Counted from the first letter of the stretch, positions 48,822 to 59,272 are shown. The stretch: 64,000 nt of DNA from Candidatus Sulfobium sp. (GCA_037380845.1 JARRRI010000004.1:78281-142280), one strand, 5' to 3'. The notes: a model not told the origin generated them from the letters alone. Numbers and translations are program-made.

Positions 48822-49556
48822 GTGAACAATGCGGGTAAGCGTTCCCTGATATCGATCCTTCTTCTGGCGTCTGCGATCATCGCTCTGGTTATCGTTCTGT
48901 GGCCGTCCAGGGTGAAGCACGAGGCTCCCTCCATTCTGGTATCAGAAGGGCCTGTCGTAAAGCTGCCCTCTCCGGCATACACCAGCCGGACCCCGGTCGA
49001 AAAGGCCCTGTCTGAAAGAAGATCGGTCAGGACGTATACGGACAGTGCGCTTACCCTGTCGGAAATTTCACAGCTTCTCTGGGCCGCCCAGGGGATAACG
49101 CAGGACAGGAAAGGGCTGCGTGCAGCACCTTCGGCCGGCGCGCTATATCCGCTTGAGGTGTATGTCTTATCCGGCAACGTGAAGGATCTCCCAGCCGGAA
49201 TTTACAGGTACAGGCCGCTTGGGCATGAACTCGTGAATACGGCGGACGGGGACAAACGGCAAGAACTTTATAGTGCTGCCCGCAACCAGACATCGGTAAG
49301 GGAGGCCCCGGCGGCCATCGTCTTCTCGGCGCGCTACGGACGGACAAATGCCAAATATGGCGAAAGGGGCGTACGGTATGTCAACGCAGAGGCCGGCGCA
49401 GCGGTCGAGAATATCTATCTGCAGGCGGTGTCGCTGGGTCTGGGAACCGTCGTAATAGGGGCCTTCGGGGAAGGCGATGTGAAAGCTGTTATCAGAATGA
49501 CGGCGGAAGAGGAGCCGCTTTACATCATGCCTGTGGGGAGGAAGGGCGGCAGGTGA
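48822..49556 (+). CDS. SagB/ThcOx-type nitroreductase-family oxidoreductase with N-terminal TM anchor
   Basis: RRSVR, LLWAAQG, APSAGALYPLE, EAG..ENIYLQA; SD AAGGAGG with GTG. Confidence 0.88.
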   Translation: MNNAGKRSLISILLLASAIIALVIVLWPSRVKHEAPSILVSEGPVVKLPSPAYTSRTPVEKALSERRSVRTYTDSALTLSEISQLLWAAQGITQDRKGLRAAPSAGALYPLEVYVLSGNVKDLPAGIYRYRPLGHELVNTADGDKRQELYSAARNQTSVREAPAAIVFSARYGRTNAKYGERGVRYVNAEAGAAVENIYLQAVSLGLGTVVIGAFGEGDVKAVIRMTAEEEPLYIMPVGRKGGR

Positions 49557-49566
49557 AGGAGAGCGG

Positions 49567-50097
49567 TCAGTCCTTGAGTATTCGTTTCAGGGAGTCGTCT
49601 ATGAGCCTGACGGTATCTTCTGCAGATGAGCAGGTCGTTTCGATTTCGACCTCGGGATTGAGCGGCTCTTCATAGGGGACGTTTACGCCCGGTACCGGCC
49701 ACCCAGCCTTTCCTTTACCGTATATGCCGGCCGGAGCCCCGCGCATGTCGGTCCTCTTCTTTTCCCGTACACCGCACTCTTCAACCGTGCACTTCAGGTA
49801 GACCTCGATGAAGTCGGGTATCAGTCTGCGCGCCAGATCTCTCCAGTCTCTGCGGTTTCCGGTGGCGTCGATGATCACGTTGTGGCCGAGTTCAGTTAGC
49901 ATCCGGGCGAAATATACGAGGCTTCTGTAAACGACTTCCCTCTCAGTATGTGAATAAGCGGGGTCGGGCGTTGCTACCTTTCTCAGTTCATCCATCCTGA
50001 GGATGACAAAGTCAGGGTGAAGTCTCTTTATCCCGTCCGCGGCCGTGCTCTTTCCGCTGCCGGGCAGCCCTGTTATCCATACGGCAAGGCCTCCCAT
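49567..50097 (-). CDS. Adenylyl-sulfate kinase-like P-loop kinase
   Basis: WITGLPGSGKST, FIEVYLKC, PGV..PYEEPLNPE. Confidence 0.8.
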   Translation of the reverse strand: MGGLAVWITGLPGSGKSTAADGIKRLHPDFVILRMDELRKVATPDPAYSHTEREVVYRSLVYFARMLTELGHNVIIDATGNRRDWRDLARRLIPDFIEVYLKCTVEECGVREKKRTDMRGAPAGIYGKGKAGWPVPGVNVPYEEPLNPEVEIETTCSSAEDTVRLIDDSLKRILKD

Positions 50098-50166
50098 AGA
50101 CAAAGCTTAGTCTTTCAGGGCAGGAAGATCAAGAGAGCCCGTCCCGGACGTCCACAAAGCCGACGG

Positions 50167-51117
50167 CTAGGCGGAAAGAGAAGGCATGCGCGCGTGTTCT
50201 GCAAGCATCTCTTTCGCAGTCCTGATATCCGAAGTTATCTGCCGCACCAGATCGTCGGCACTTTTGAACTTCCGTTCTTCGCGGATCTTCCCGATAAAGT
50301 AAAGCGATATCTCCTCACCGTAAATATCTTCATTGAAGTCCAGAACATGCACCTCGATGGTCAGTCTGTTTTCATCGAATGTGGGCCTCAGCCCGATGTT
50401 GGCAACGCCGTCGTAGAACTTTTCCCTCACGAAAAACCTGACCGCGTATACCCCGTTGGCGGGAATGATGGAATGCTTGGGCGCGATGTTCGCCGTTGGA
50501 AATCCGAGGCCTTTCCCCCTGCTGTCCCCCTTCACGACTACCCCTGTGACGGCATAGATTCTCCCCAGGAGGCGCGCCGCGTGCTCGACGTTGCCTTCGG
50601 CCAGCAGTTTCCGTATCTTCGTGCTGCTGATGACCTCTCCATCCAACGATATCTGCTCTACTTCCCTCACCAGAAACCCGTACCTCTCCCCCAGTTTTTT
50701 CAGTGTAGCGACCGTGCCGGTCCTGCCTTTTCCGAACCGGTAATTGTACCCTACGAATATTTCCTTTGCCCCGAGCAGGTCGCAGAGGATTGTTTTCGTG
50801 AAATCCTCCGGAGACATGGAGGAGAAATCCAGTGTAAACGGGATCTTGACGAGGACATCGAGGCCCAGTTTTTCGAAGAGGGCTATCTTTTCTTCGTAGA
50901 TACTTATAAGTGGCGGACATCTTTCCGGGCAAAGAATCTTCAGGGGATGGGGTCTGAACGTCACCACCATGCTGACCGCACCCGTCTCACGCGCCCTCTT
51001 CATCACCATCTTTATCAGTTCCTGATGCCCGAGGTGCAGACCGTCGAAATTTCCGAGGGTAAGGACGGTGTTGGTGAACTTTGCAGTAATGCGGCTCAAA
51101 TCCGTAATTAATAACAT
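50167..51117 (-). CDS. ribF: Bifunctional riboflavin kinase / FAD synthetase
   Basis: GNFDGLHLGH, ISSTKIR, GFPTAN, NIGLRPTF. Confidence 0.97.
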   Translation of the reverse strand: MLLITDLSRITAKFTNTVLTLGNFDGLHLGHQELIKMVMKRARETGAVSMVVTFRPHPLKILCPERCPPLISIYEEKIALFEKLGLDVLVKIPFTLDFSSMSPEDFTKTILCDLLGAKEIFVGYNYRFGKGRTGTVATLKKLGERYGFLVREVEQISLDGEVISSTKIRKLLAEGNVEHAARLLGRIYAVTGVVVKGDSRGKGLGFPTANIAPKHSIIPANGVYAVRFFVREKFYDGVANIGLRPTFDENRLTIEVHVLDFNEDIYGEEISLYFIGKIREERKFKSADDLVRQITSDIRTAKEMLAEHARMPSLSA

Positions 51118-51121
51118 GACC

Positions 51122-51874
51122 TCAGTCCCCTAATATTTTCCCGAGTTCCCGGTAAATGACATTCCCGATTTCCATCCCCATATTTATAAATTCCGGTCCG
51201 TATTTCCTGCCCGTTTCGGTCCTGAAAGTGTCCCCGATTCGGGCGATGACCTCCATTTTTTTCCTGAATACGCAGTATAAAGTCTCCGCCGGCATTCCTG
51301 AAGATTCTGTGATGAGCCAGAGGGTGGTGGTGAAATTGTCCGGTCCCCACCTGAACTTGTCGGCATCATACAGGGAATCGCATACCAGCCTGCAGGCTTC
51401 CTCATCCGACGCAAGTACAGACTTGAAAGCCTCATGGTTCCTTATAGCCGCGATAATATATCTTTTGCCGGCCTCACTTATATCGAAATCCCGGAGGATC
51501 AACGCCGCCTCGATGCTGCCGGTGACGGCGTGGTCTTTACCGTTGCGGGTTATGTCATGGAGCAGCCCGGCGATCTGGGCGCAGAGCATCAGCTCTCCGG
51601 TATCCCGAACATGGCTCCCGTAATTCTCACTCTCCGTCTGAACAAGAGCGCCCGCTTCCACTGCCACTTTCTCCAGGTGAATAAATCCGTGCGCGGGATG
51701 GAGATTCGCTTCATCGAGACAGGACCTGCACCTGCGGATCGCATCGCTTACTGAAAACGAAAAACGTGAGATATCCAGCTCCTTCCGGAAAGCCTCATAA
51801 AAAGAGGGAGCGCCCAGCTTCTCGCTGGTCTTTACGGCCTTATCTTTTAATCTCCGGTAAATCGAGTTGTTCAA
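51122..51874 (-). CDS. HD-domain protein
   Basis: AHG..H, AGLLHDI, DHA..G, IRNHE, LYDADK. Confidence 0.8.
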   Translation of the reverse strand: MNNSIYRRLKDKAVKTSEKLGAPSFYEAFRKELDISRFSFSVSDAIRRCRSCLDEANLHPAHGFIHLEKVAVEAGALVQTESENYGSHVRDTGELMLCAQIAGLLHDITRNGKDHAVTGSIEAALILRDFDISEAGKRYIIAAIRNHEAFKSVLASDEEACRLVCDSLYDADKFRWGPDNFTTTLWLITESSGMPAETLYCVFRKKMEVIARIGDTFRTETGRKYGPEFINMGMEIGNVIYRELGKILGD

Positions 51875-52145
51875 AAGGAAGCCCTTTGATGACCTGTATC
51901 AAACGGAAAAACCGGGCTCATCCGCGAATGCAGAGACCTCGCCATGGTTTACATCTATAATAATTCGTCGCTCCCCCTTTGTTCAAGTTCGACGGACAGG
52001 AAAGCTGTCACCGGGGAGTCCGTATGACTGTGCGCGACTCAGACAGCGCCGGGGAAACGGTCCCGCGAACTAAGACCCTGACTGAAAACCAGGTGAAGGC
52101 TCGGGATATGACGACTCCGGGAGGTCTCTTCGGAGCAACAAAAGA

Positions 52146-52170
52146 AAAGGCCGTGTGAACACGGCCTTTT
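52146..52170. terminator. Terminator after atpE, possibly bidirectional
   Basis: aaaaggccgtgt-ga-acacggcctttt. Confidence 0.8.
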
Positions 52171-52192
52171 CCGGTAATTATCATAAGCGCCG

Positions 52193-52543
52193 CTATATGC
52201 CGAACGGGTTGACGAAGAGCAGGATCAGGGCGACAACGAGAGCATAAATACAGAGCGACTCAACCATGGCGAGACCGATGATCAGGGTCGTGGTGATCTT
52301 TCCTGATGCGCCCGGATTCCTTGCGACGCCGTCGCAAGCACCTTTGAGGCCCATTCCCTGGCCGATGCCCGTCCCGAGGGCGGCAATCCCCACGCCGATG
52401 CCGCAGGCGATGGCGGTGAGGGCATAGTAGTTCAACTTGGCTGCATCCGGAGCCGTTGCCGCGGCTTCCTGGGCGAAGACTACGGGAGCAAGCAGGACTA
52501 CCAGCATCAGTGCCAAAAATACGACTGAAAGTTTCTTCTTCAT
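52193..52543 (-). CDS. atpE: ATP synthase F0 subunit c with N-terminal signal-like extension
   Basis: GxGx[22 protein letters not shown]. Confidence 0.96.
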   Translation of the reverse strand: MKKKLSVVFLALMLVVLLAPVVFAQEAAATAPDAAKLNYYALTAIACGIGVGIAALGTGIGQGMGLKGACDGVARNPGASGKITTTLIIGLAMVESLCIYALVVALILLFVNPFGI

Positions 52544-52575
52544 TCTTTCTTCCTCCTTTCCAAAGGACTTATGAA

Positions 52576-53262
52576 TTAATGTGCCTCTTCAACGGCACCA
52601 GCGAGATACAGTGCTGAAAGCAGGGTAAAGACGAACGCCTGGATGACGCTCACCAGCACGCCAAGGGCCAGTATGGCCGAAGGGACTACCGGCGCTATCA
52701 ATATCCCCAGCACCAGAAGCAGATAGTGCTTCGCGCTCATATTACCCAGGAGCCTGACCGAAAGTGTCATCGGCCTGGCGAGATGTCCGATTACCTCGAT
52801 AACGAACATGAGTAACATGAGCGGCAGTGCGGCTATGGAGCGTATGGGGCCGAGAAAGTGTTTGATATAACTGAAACCGTGAACACGAACGCCGTAAATA
52901 TGGGTCGCCAGAAAAACCGGGACCGCCATGGCGGCGTTGACGTTGACATTGGCGGTCGGAGATGTGGAAGCGGGAATGAGCCCCAGGAAATTGCCCACAA
53001 CGATAAACAGGCCTATGGTGGCGATCATGGGAAAGAGGTGTCTTGCCCAGTGGTGGCCGATATTTTCTTCGCAGAGGTTAAGCAGCGACTCTACGACTAC
53101 CTCCATGAAATTCTGTGTGCCTCTTGGAATCAGCTTGATCGAAGCACGTACGATCAGGGCGACCACTATCAGTATGACCGAAACAAGCAGGGAATACGAA
53201 ACAAAGTGCGGCATGGTATGCGGATTGACGATTACGTCGAGGAAGAGTTTTTCTTCGTGCAT
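52576..53262 (-). CDS. atpB: ATP synthase F0 subunit a
   Basis: [32 protein letters not shown]. Confidence 0.96.
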   Translation of the reverse strand: MHEEKLFLDVIVNPHTMPHFVSYSLLVSVILIVVALIVRASIKLIPRGTQNFMEVVVESLLNLCEENIGHHWARHLFPMIATIGLFIVVGNFLGLIPASTSPTANVNVNAAMAVPVFLATHIYGVRVHGFSYIKHFLGPIRSIAALPLMLLMFVIEVIGHLARPMTLSVRLLGNMSAKHYLLLVLGILIAPVVPSAILALGVLVSVIQAFVFTLLSALYLAGAVEEAH

Positions 53263-53414
53263 TTAAGATTCCTCCTTCGTGGAAATCGCAGTATCATACA
53301 TGACTACGTTCATCAAAGTCAACGTCAAATAAAAAAACTTGCATTTTTCAATTCATAATGGCTTAATAATTATAATTATTAAAGAAAATACGGTTGGATT
53401 TTGACAGGATAGGC

Positions 53415-53852
53415 ATGGCGAAAGGCAAAATGAAAAAAGACCTGAGTGACGAAGAGAGAAAGGAGATGCCTCTTTACCCGATCGGCATAGTCGCCGAATT
53501 GATCGGGACCACTGATCAGACACTGAGGCTCTATGAGAAACACGGGCTGATAAAACCCGCCAGAAGGAACAAGAACAGGTACTATTCCGAAAACGACATC
53601 AAGTGGCTCAGGTGCGTCAGGGAACTGATCCACAACAAGAAGATAAGCATAGAAGGAATAAAGAAACTCCTGGATTACGCACCCTGCTGGGAAATCACCG
53701 CGTGCTCCGAAGAAAGAAAGAACAAGTGCTCGGCTTACATAGACAGGACCAAACCTTGCTGGGAACTGAACAGAATGATATGCAACACCCAGTCCGGCAG
53801 GATTTGTGAAGACTGCATAGTCTACATTTCGGGCAAGTCAAAGAAGAAGTAA
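53415..53852 (+). CDS. MerR/HspR-like transcriptional regulator with C-terminal Cys-rich CW-repeat domain
   Basis: YPIGIVAELIG...QTLRLYEK.GLI.PAR....RYYS; tail with two PCWE motifs and seven Cys. Confidence 0.85.
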   Translation: MAKGKMKKDLSDEERKEMPLYPIGIVAELIGTTDQTLRLYEKHGLIKPARRNKNRYYSENDIKWLRCVRELIHNKKISIEGIKKLLDYAPCWEITACSEERKNKCSAYIDRTKPCWELNRMICNTQSGRICEDCIVYISGKSKKK

Positions 53853-53999
53853 TCCCGTCCTGCACAAAACGACGGGAAGAATAACCACAGAGACACCGGG
53901 ACGCTGAGAACGCGCTATCTTCCTGTTTATCTCTATTTTCTTCTGTGCCTCTTATGGTGAAATTCTTTGTTTGTTTACCCTTTGGCCGGGTTAGTCCGG

Positions 54000-56303
54000 C
54001 TAGTCGAAATTGAATTTCGACGGGTCTCTGATCTCCCAGATTGTCCTCCGGCGGGCAAAATCCTTCGGCTCGGTCCCCTCCTTGAAGAATTCCCGAAGGT
54101 CCGTAGGGTAGTGCGAAAGAAGACCCGTCGCCGGGTCTATGAAATAACTGACAATACCTTCGGGCTGTCTGAATTCTTCCGCCCCCGATCTCGCAGCGCC
54201 GTTCATGAAGGACACCCATATCGGAGAGGCCGCCCTTGCCCCCGTTTCCATGGACCCCAGGGTCCGCGAGTTGTCGAAACCGACCCAGACGCAGGCTGCC
54301 AGGTTCGTTGTGTAGCCGACAAACCAGGCGTCCCGGTAGTCGTTGGTGGTTCCGGTCTTGCCCGCTACCGGAACCCCCAGGGCCTTTGCGCGCCATCCAG
54401 TGCCGTACTTTACGACATCTTCCATCATGGAAGTGGTCAGGAACGAAGTCTGGGGGCTGATCACCTGCTCCGTTTCGGGTTTGTTGCTTTCAATGATCCT
54501 CCCTTTGCCGTCGGTGATGAATTTGACGGAAACGGGCCTGACCTTCTGTCCTCCGCTGGCGAAGACATTGTAGAGCATGGCCATTTCAAAAGGCGTGATA
54601 TCGAACGAGCCGAGTGCGATACTGAGGTTCCTCGGCATCTCTCCCTGGAAGCCCAGCGTCCTTGCGAAGTCCCTGACGGTATCTATCCCCATGGAATCAA
54701 CGAGTTTAACGGTGACGACGTTCCGGGAAAAGGTGAGAGCCTCACGGAGGCGGGTAGGGCCGTGAAACTTGTGGTCATAATTTTCAGGGCTCCACTCCCC
54801 CTTCGGGCCGCCCGCATATGTCACAGGTTCGTCATCAATAACGCTCGCCGGTGTAAAGCCGTGATCCATCGCAGCAGCGTAAATTACCGGCTTGAACGCC
54901 GAGCCGGGCTGCCGCTTTGCCAGAACGGCCCTGTTGTAAGCGCTTTTTGTGAAGTCGTATCCTCCGACCATTGCCCTTATGAAACCTGTGTAAGGTTCGA
55001 CGGCTACCAGGGCCCCTTCGACCCGCGGTTCCTGTTCCAGCGCAAGTCTGACATTCCTGCCGCTCACGCTCATTACCCTGACTTTTACCACGTCGCCCGG
55101 CTTCAGTATACGGCTCAACCTGAATTTCCTGTAAAACTTTGTCCAGCCGGTCTTGACATCCAGGGTTTTGGCCGCCCATTGCGCGTCCTTCAGTGAAAGC
55201 TTCCCTATGGTCCCTCTTGTTTTTATAAGGGCCTCTTTTGGAAAGACTTTCAGCACGAGGCCGGTATATATGTCACCCGGCACGCTTATCACGCTGGTGG
55301 CAGGCAGCGCATCCCCCGGTTCCTTTTCGAAGCCGACGCCTGTCTTATGCTCAACCGGACCCCGCCATCCCTGCCGTTTGTCCACTTCTCTCAGCCCGGA
55401 CTGTACGGCCCTTACCGCTGCCGCCTGCATCCTTGTGTCGAGGGTGGTATAGACCTTCAACCCCCCCTTGTAAACGGCATCTACGCCATACTTTTCCTCC
55501 AGGTACTTCCTGATATATTCAATAAAATAATTGTATGCATCCATCCCGTTCTGCGGGCTGGACAGGTGCAAAGGCCTGCGGTAGGCGTCTTCCCTGTCCT
55601 TCCTGGTGATATAACCCTCCTCCTGCATGCGCGCCAGGACGATATTCTGTCGTTCCTTTGCCAGCGTGAGACTGTTGTAAGGCGAGTAACGCGTGGGGGC
55701 CTTGACCAGACCGGCGATCATGGCAGCCTCGGCGAGATTGAGTTTCTTCGCCGGTTTTCCGAAGTAGGTCCGGGCGGCCATCTCCACGCCGTAGGCGCCG
55801 TGTCCGAAATACACCCTGTTGAGATAGAGTTCAAGGATCTCCTTTTTGCTGAGGGTTTTTTCCATCTTGATCGCCAGGAACGCCTCCATCAATTTCCTTT
55901 TCAGGGTCTTTTCAGGACTCAGAAAGACGACCTTTGCAAGCTGCTGGGTAAGGGTGCTCCCCCCTTCCCTGAGACTCCTGTAGGCCGCATCCTTCAGTGC
56001 CGCGCGAAGCACGGCTATATAATCTATGCCCCTGTGTTTCCAGAACCGGGAGTCTTCCACGGCCACCACCGCATTAATCATGTCCTTCGGGATCTTGTCG
56101 AGAGGCACGAAGATTCCCTTGTCTATCTTGAGCTCGCCAATAAGGGTGTCGTCATCGGCATAAATTTTTGTGCCCGCTGCGGGCTTATACTGTTTCAGTT
56201 CGTCTATGGAAGGAAGGCCCCTTGACAGGGCAAGATAAGCGCCCCCGGCCCCGCCCGCGAGCAGGGAGAGGAACAAAACGGCGATTATGAGCTTTATCTT
56301 CAT
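54000..56303 (-). CDS. mrcA: Penicillin-binding protein 1A (class A)
   Basis: EDSRF..H.GID, GGSTLTQQ, RQPGSAFKP, SRN, KTGTT. Confidence 0.93.
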   Translation of the reverse strand: MKIKLIIAVLFLSLLAGGAGGAYLALSRGLPSIDELKQYKPAAGTKIYADDDTLIGELKIDKGIFVPLDKIPKDMINAVVAVEDSRFWKHRGIDYIAVLRAALKDAAYRSLREGGSTLTQQLAKVVFLSPEKTLKRKLMEAFLAIKMEKTLSKKEILELYLNRVYFGHGAYGVEMAARTYFGKPAKKLNLAEAAMIAGLVKAPTRYSPYNSLTLAKERQNIVLARMQEEGYITRKDREDAYRRPLHLSSPQNGMDAYNYFIEYIRKYLEEKYGVDAVYKGGLKVYTTLDTRMQAAAVRAVQSGLREVDKRQGWRGPVEHKTGVGFEKEPGDALPATSVISVPGDIYTGLVLKVFPKEALIKTRGTIGKLSLKDAQWAAKTLDVKTGWTKFYRKFRLSRILKPGDVVKVRVMSVSGRNVRLALEQEPRVEGALVAVEPYTGFIRAMVGGYDFTKSAYNRAVLAKRQPGSAFKPVIYAAAMDHGFTPASVIDDEPVTYAGGPKGEWSPENYDHKFHGPTRLREALTFSRNVVTVKLVDSMGIDTVRDFARTLGFQGEMPRNLSIALGSFDITPFEMAMLYNVFASGGQKVRPVSVKFITDGKGRIIESNKPETEQVISPQTSFLTTSMMEDVVKYGTGWRAKALGVPVAGKTGTTNDYRDAWFVGYTTNLAACVWVGFDNSRTLGSMETGARAASPIWVSFMNGAARSGAEEFRQPEGIVSYFIDPATGLLSHYPTDLREFFKEGTEPKDFARRRTIWEIRDPSKFNFD

Positions 56304-56525
56304 ATCTTCCGGTTCCCTGAAAAAGCTTTAACTGCCGGCCAAAACCGGCGGCTACGGATTTCAGGGACTCTGAGGTTTAACATAAGACTTGCCCGAAAGA
56401 GGGTCTCCGCAGGTCTGCAGACTTGTTTTCATCCGTGTTTATCCGTGTCCATCAGTGGTTAATTGCCGCTTACTAGGATTATAACCCCGCTCAAAAAATG
56501 CTGTCAAAAAGATGGGGTGATGCTT

Positions 56526-58493
56526 TCAATAGAAGACGTTCAGCAGCAGATTTATTCCCGTGCCGATCGCAAGGGCGAAGGTGGTAATAAGAACGAACAT
56601 CGTGAAAGCTGTCCTCGCCCCCCTCTCCTTGATGATCATGAAGAAGTTCGCCAGACACGGTATGAACAGGGTCAGAGTTATTATGCTCACTATGACCTGC
56701 CTCTCGTCCATCAGCCCCTGTTTGGACAGTTCGAAGAGACCGGCAGCGCCGTAGTCTCTCCTGAGAAAACCCATAAGGAGAGCCGCGGTCGCCTTTTCAG
56801 GCAGCCCCAGGAGATTGACAACCACAGGAGACAGTGCCTTTTCTATCCAGCCGAGCAGTTTTGTCTTGTCCAGCACGAAGAGAATAAAAGTGCCGAGTAT
56901 GAACAGGGGCACGGCTTCCCTGAGATACCATTCGATCCTGCTGAGGGTCTTCATCATTATATTGCCCATCCGGGGGCGCCTGATGGGGGGGAGTTCGAGG
57001 AAAAAATCGGCCTTCTCCCCGGGAAGCACCTTGGACGCTATGTACCCGGTGAGGACAAGGACCAGGAACACCGTTGCCACCCACCAGATCGCCACTTTCG
57101 CCGGGAAGGCGCTGACCATGCCGAGCATCACCCCCAGCTGGGCCGAACAGGGGATGGCAAGCGCGATGAGGAAGGTCGCGATGACCCTCTCCCTCTTTGT
57201 CTCGAGTATCCGTGTCGTCATGGTGGCCATTGTACCGCAGCCCAGACCGAGCACCATGGGGAGCACCGCCTTTCCGTTCAGTCCTATCTTGGCGAAGGCG
57301 CTGTTGGTGAGAACGGCGATCCTGGGGAGGTACCCGCTGTCCTCAAGAACGCCGAAGGCCATGAAGAAGGTTGCGGTGATCGGCAGGATGATCGCCACCG
57401 CATAGGTGATGGCCATCGTAAAGATGCCGTACTGTCCGACCAGGAGATCCTGGAGCAGGGGGACCGGGATAAGGTAGTGAACGACCTTTTCCAGGCCGGG
57501 ACTCAGATACTGTCCGAATATGATATTTTCAAGGAAATCGACCATTATCCCGGCCCCGAACTTTCCGACAAACTCATAAAATCCGAAGAGGACGAAAATG
57601 AGAAAAAAGATGCCCCAGAAAGGATGCATGGTCCATCTGCCGAGCCATCGCGCCAAGCGGCCCGATTCTCCGCCGCTCTTCCTGAGAACTGCGTTGACCA
57701 CCGCCCCCGACAACTCGATCCGCTTTCTTGCGATCATATGTGACAGGGGTTCTTTCAGCTTTACCTGTGCTTCGTCACGCACTTCCTCTATCTCCTTTAT
57801 CCTTCCGGCATCCAGGTTTGCCACGAGCCATCCTTTAAGGCTGTCGTCTCCGGAAAGGATCATGAGGGAGATTGATCTTCTGGAGATACTGGAAGAGGGC
57901 AGCACGGCCGAAATCCTGTCGATGTAAGGCTCGATGACATCCCCGTAGTTCGTCTTTATCCGGGGGACAGCCGGTGAGGCGATAACTTCCTTCAGCTGTG
58001 AAATGCCCTTCCTCTGTGGGGCCACCGTACCGATCACCCTGACGCCGAGAACTTCTTCAAGCCCCTTGTAATCTATCTCCAGTCCACGGTCCTTCGCCTC
58101 GTCTTCCATGTTCAGGGCCAAAACGCAGGGCAGTCCCATCTCCGCCAGCTGAAGCAGCAGCATAAGGCCGCGCTTGAGGTTTTTGGAATCTGCGACCAGC
58201 ACGACACTGTCCGGTCTTTCTGAAAGCAGGATGTCCCGAGTAACACGCTCGTCCTCGCTCATGGGGGTGAAGCTGTTAACGCCCGGGGAATCCACGACCA
58301 GGAATTTTTTGCCGTCCAGAGAGATATTGCCGTGCGAGACTTCCACCGTTGTGCCGGGGTAATTTGAAACGGTAACGTATTTCCCGGTTAGCAGCCCGAA
58401 AATGACGCTCTTGCCGACGTTGGGGTTACCTACGAGCACTATCCTGTTATACTTCTGTTTCTTCTTTTCTTCCGTCTGCCTTACTTCCTGCAT
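56526..58493 (-). CDS. feoB: Ferrous iron transport protein B
   Basis: GNPNVGKS, VSNYPGTTV, DSPG, EDSGYLPR, PCSAQ, ELPP. Confidence 0.95.
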   Translation of the reverse strand: MQEVRQTEEKKKQKYNRIVLVGNPNVGKSVIFGLLTGKYVTVSNYPGTTVEVSHGNISLDGKKFLVVDSPGVNSFTPMSEDERVTRDILLSERPDSVVLVADSKNLKRGLMLLLQLAEMGLPCVLALNMEDEAKDRGLEIDYKGLEEVLGVRVIGTVAPQRKGISQLKEVIASPAVPRIKTNYGDVIEPYIDRISAVLPSSSISRRSISLMILSGDDSLKGWLVANLDAGRIKEIEEVRDEAQVKLKEPLSHMIARKRIELSGAVVNAVLRKSGGESGRLARWLGRWTMHPFWGIFFLIFVLFGFYEFVGKFGAGIMVDFLENIIFGQYLSPGLEKVVHYLIPVPLLQDLLVGQYGIFTMAITYAVAIILPITATFFMAFGVLEDSGYLPRIAVLTNSAFAKIGLNGKAVLPMVLGLGCGTMATMTTRILETKRERVIATFLIALAIPCSAQLGVMLGMVSAFPAKVAIWWVATVFLVLVLTGYIASKVLPGEKADFFLELPPIRRPRMGNIMMKTLSRIEWYLREAVPLFILGTFILFVLDKTKLLGWIEKALSPVVVNLLGLPEKATAALLMGFLRRDYGAAGLFELSKQGLMDERQVIVSIITLTLFIPCLANFFMIIKERGARTAFTMFVLITTFALAIGTGINLLLNVFY

Positions 58494-58903
58494 TTTTCAC
58501 AGATCCCTCTTATCTCAAGGGTATGACTGACCCCTTTGAATTTGTTGCTGTCGCAGATTTCATCCTGGATGTTTTCGAGCTTTTCAGAATAAAACTCGAT
58601 GATCTCCCCGCAGGAATCACAGATCATATGGTCGTGGTGGCCGTGGCCGAACCGGTGTTCGTACACATTTCCCCTTTCCGTCCTCATCGCCTTCCGGACC
58701 AGGCCGCTTTCGACCAGGAGGCTCAAAGTCCTGTAAACGGAAGCCCGTGACGCCTTCAGCCCCGATTCCCTTATCCTCATATAGAGGTTTTCCGGCTCGA
58801 AATGATCGTGAAATGAAAAGACCTCTCTCAGAACAGACATCCTCTCTCTGGTGAGTTTGAGACCTCTTTGTCCGAGAAAATCCCGGAAAATTTTCTGTTC
58901 CAT
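58481..58903 (-). CDS. fur: Ferric uptake regulator family protein
   Basis: SRASVYRTL, HHDHMIC..CG, C-terminal CxxC. Confidence 0.92.
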   Translation of the reverse strand: MEQKIFRDFLGQRGLKLTRERMSVLREVFSFHDHFEPENLYMRIRESGLKASRASVYRTLSLLVESGLVRKAMRTERGNVYEHRFGHGHHDHMICDSCGEIIEFYSEKLENIQDEICDSNKFKGVSHTLEIRGICEKCRK

Positions 58904-58909
58904 CGGGCT

Positions 58910-58941
58910 AGTCTAACTGAAATTGAGATTAAATTTCAATT
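58910..58941 (-). promoter_or_regulatory. fur-feoB promoter with overlapping Fur-box-like palindrome
   Basis: Minus strand TTGAAA-18-TAGACT-6-ATG; palindrome aattgagattaaatttcaatt at 58921-58941. Confidence 0.7.
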
Positions 58942-58982
58942 AACTCCCGGACCTTTTCCGGTCGCTGTATCGGCAAAAAAAC

Positions 58983-59046
58983 CGTCATACCCGCGGAAGT
59001 GGATATCCGGCGCAGGTATAACTGCTTGAAAAGAATGGTTTCTCGG
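58983..59046. repeat. Degenerate copy of repeat family B
   Basis: cgtcatacccgcg.a.g.g..tatcc...gcttgaaaagaatgg shared with 8437-8519. Confidence 0.65.
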
Positions 59047-59272
59047 TGTGAGTTTCCAAAGCGGATCTCCGCGCAGGGTCGCTGCAACTTCGCAGCGATC
59101 CGCTTCGACCCGGCTGATAACTTCAGGAATTACGACCTCAAAAAAGACTTTTTACAACAGGTCGATGCAAATTTACATTTATTCCGGTTTTGTGCTATGG
59201 TTAGAAATTGTAGCCGGGAGCCACCGTTGACGACCGGCGGCTGTACTGAAACTTTCACATCGGAGTGACGAA

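Noticed and set aside
48446..49556. RiPP cluster (microprotein plus SagB)
   Set aside because: No YcaO cyclodehydratase, and the peptide is a hydrophobic helix rather than a Cys/Ser/Thr-rich core.
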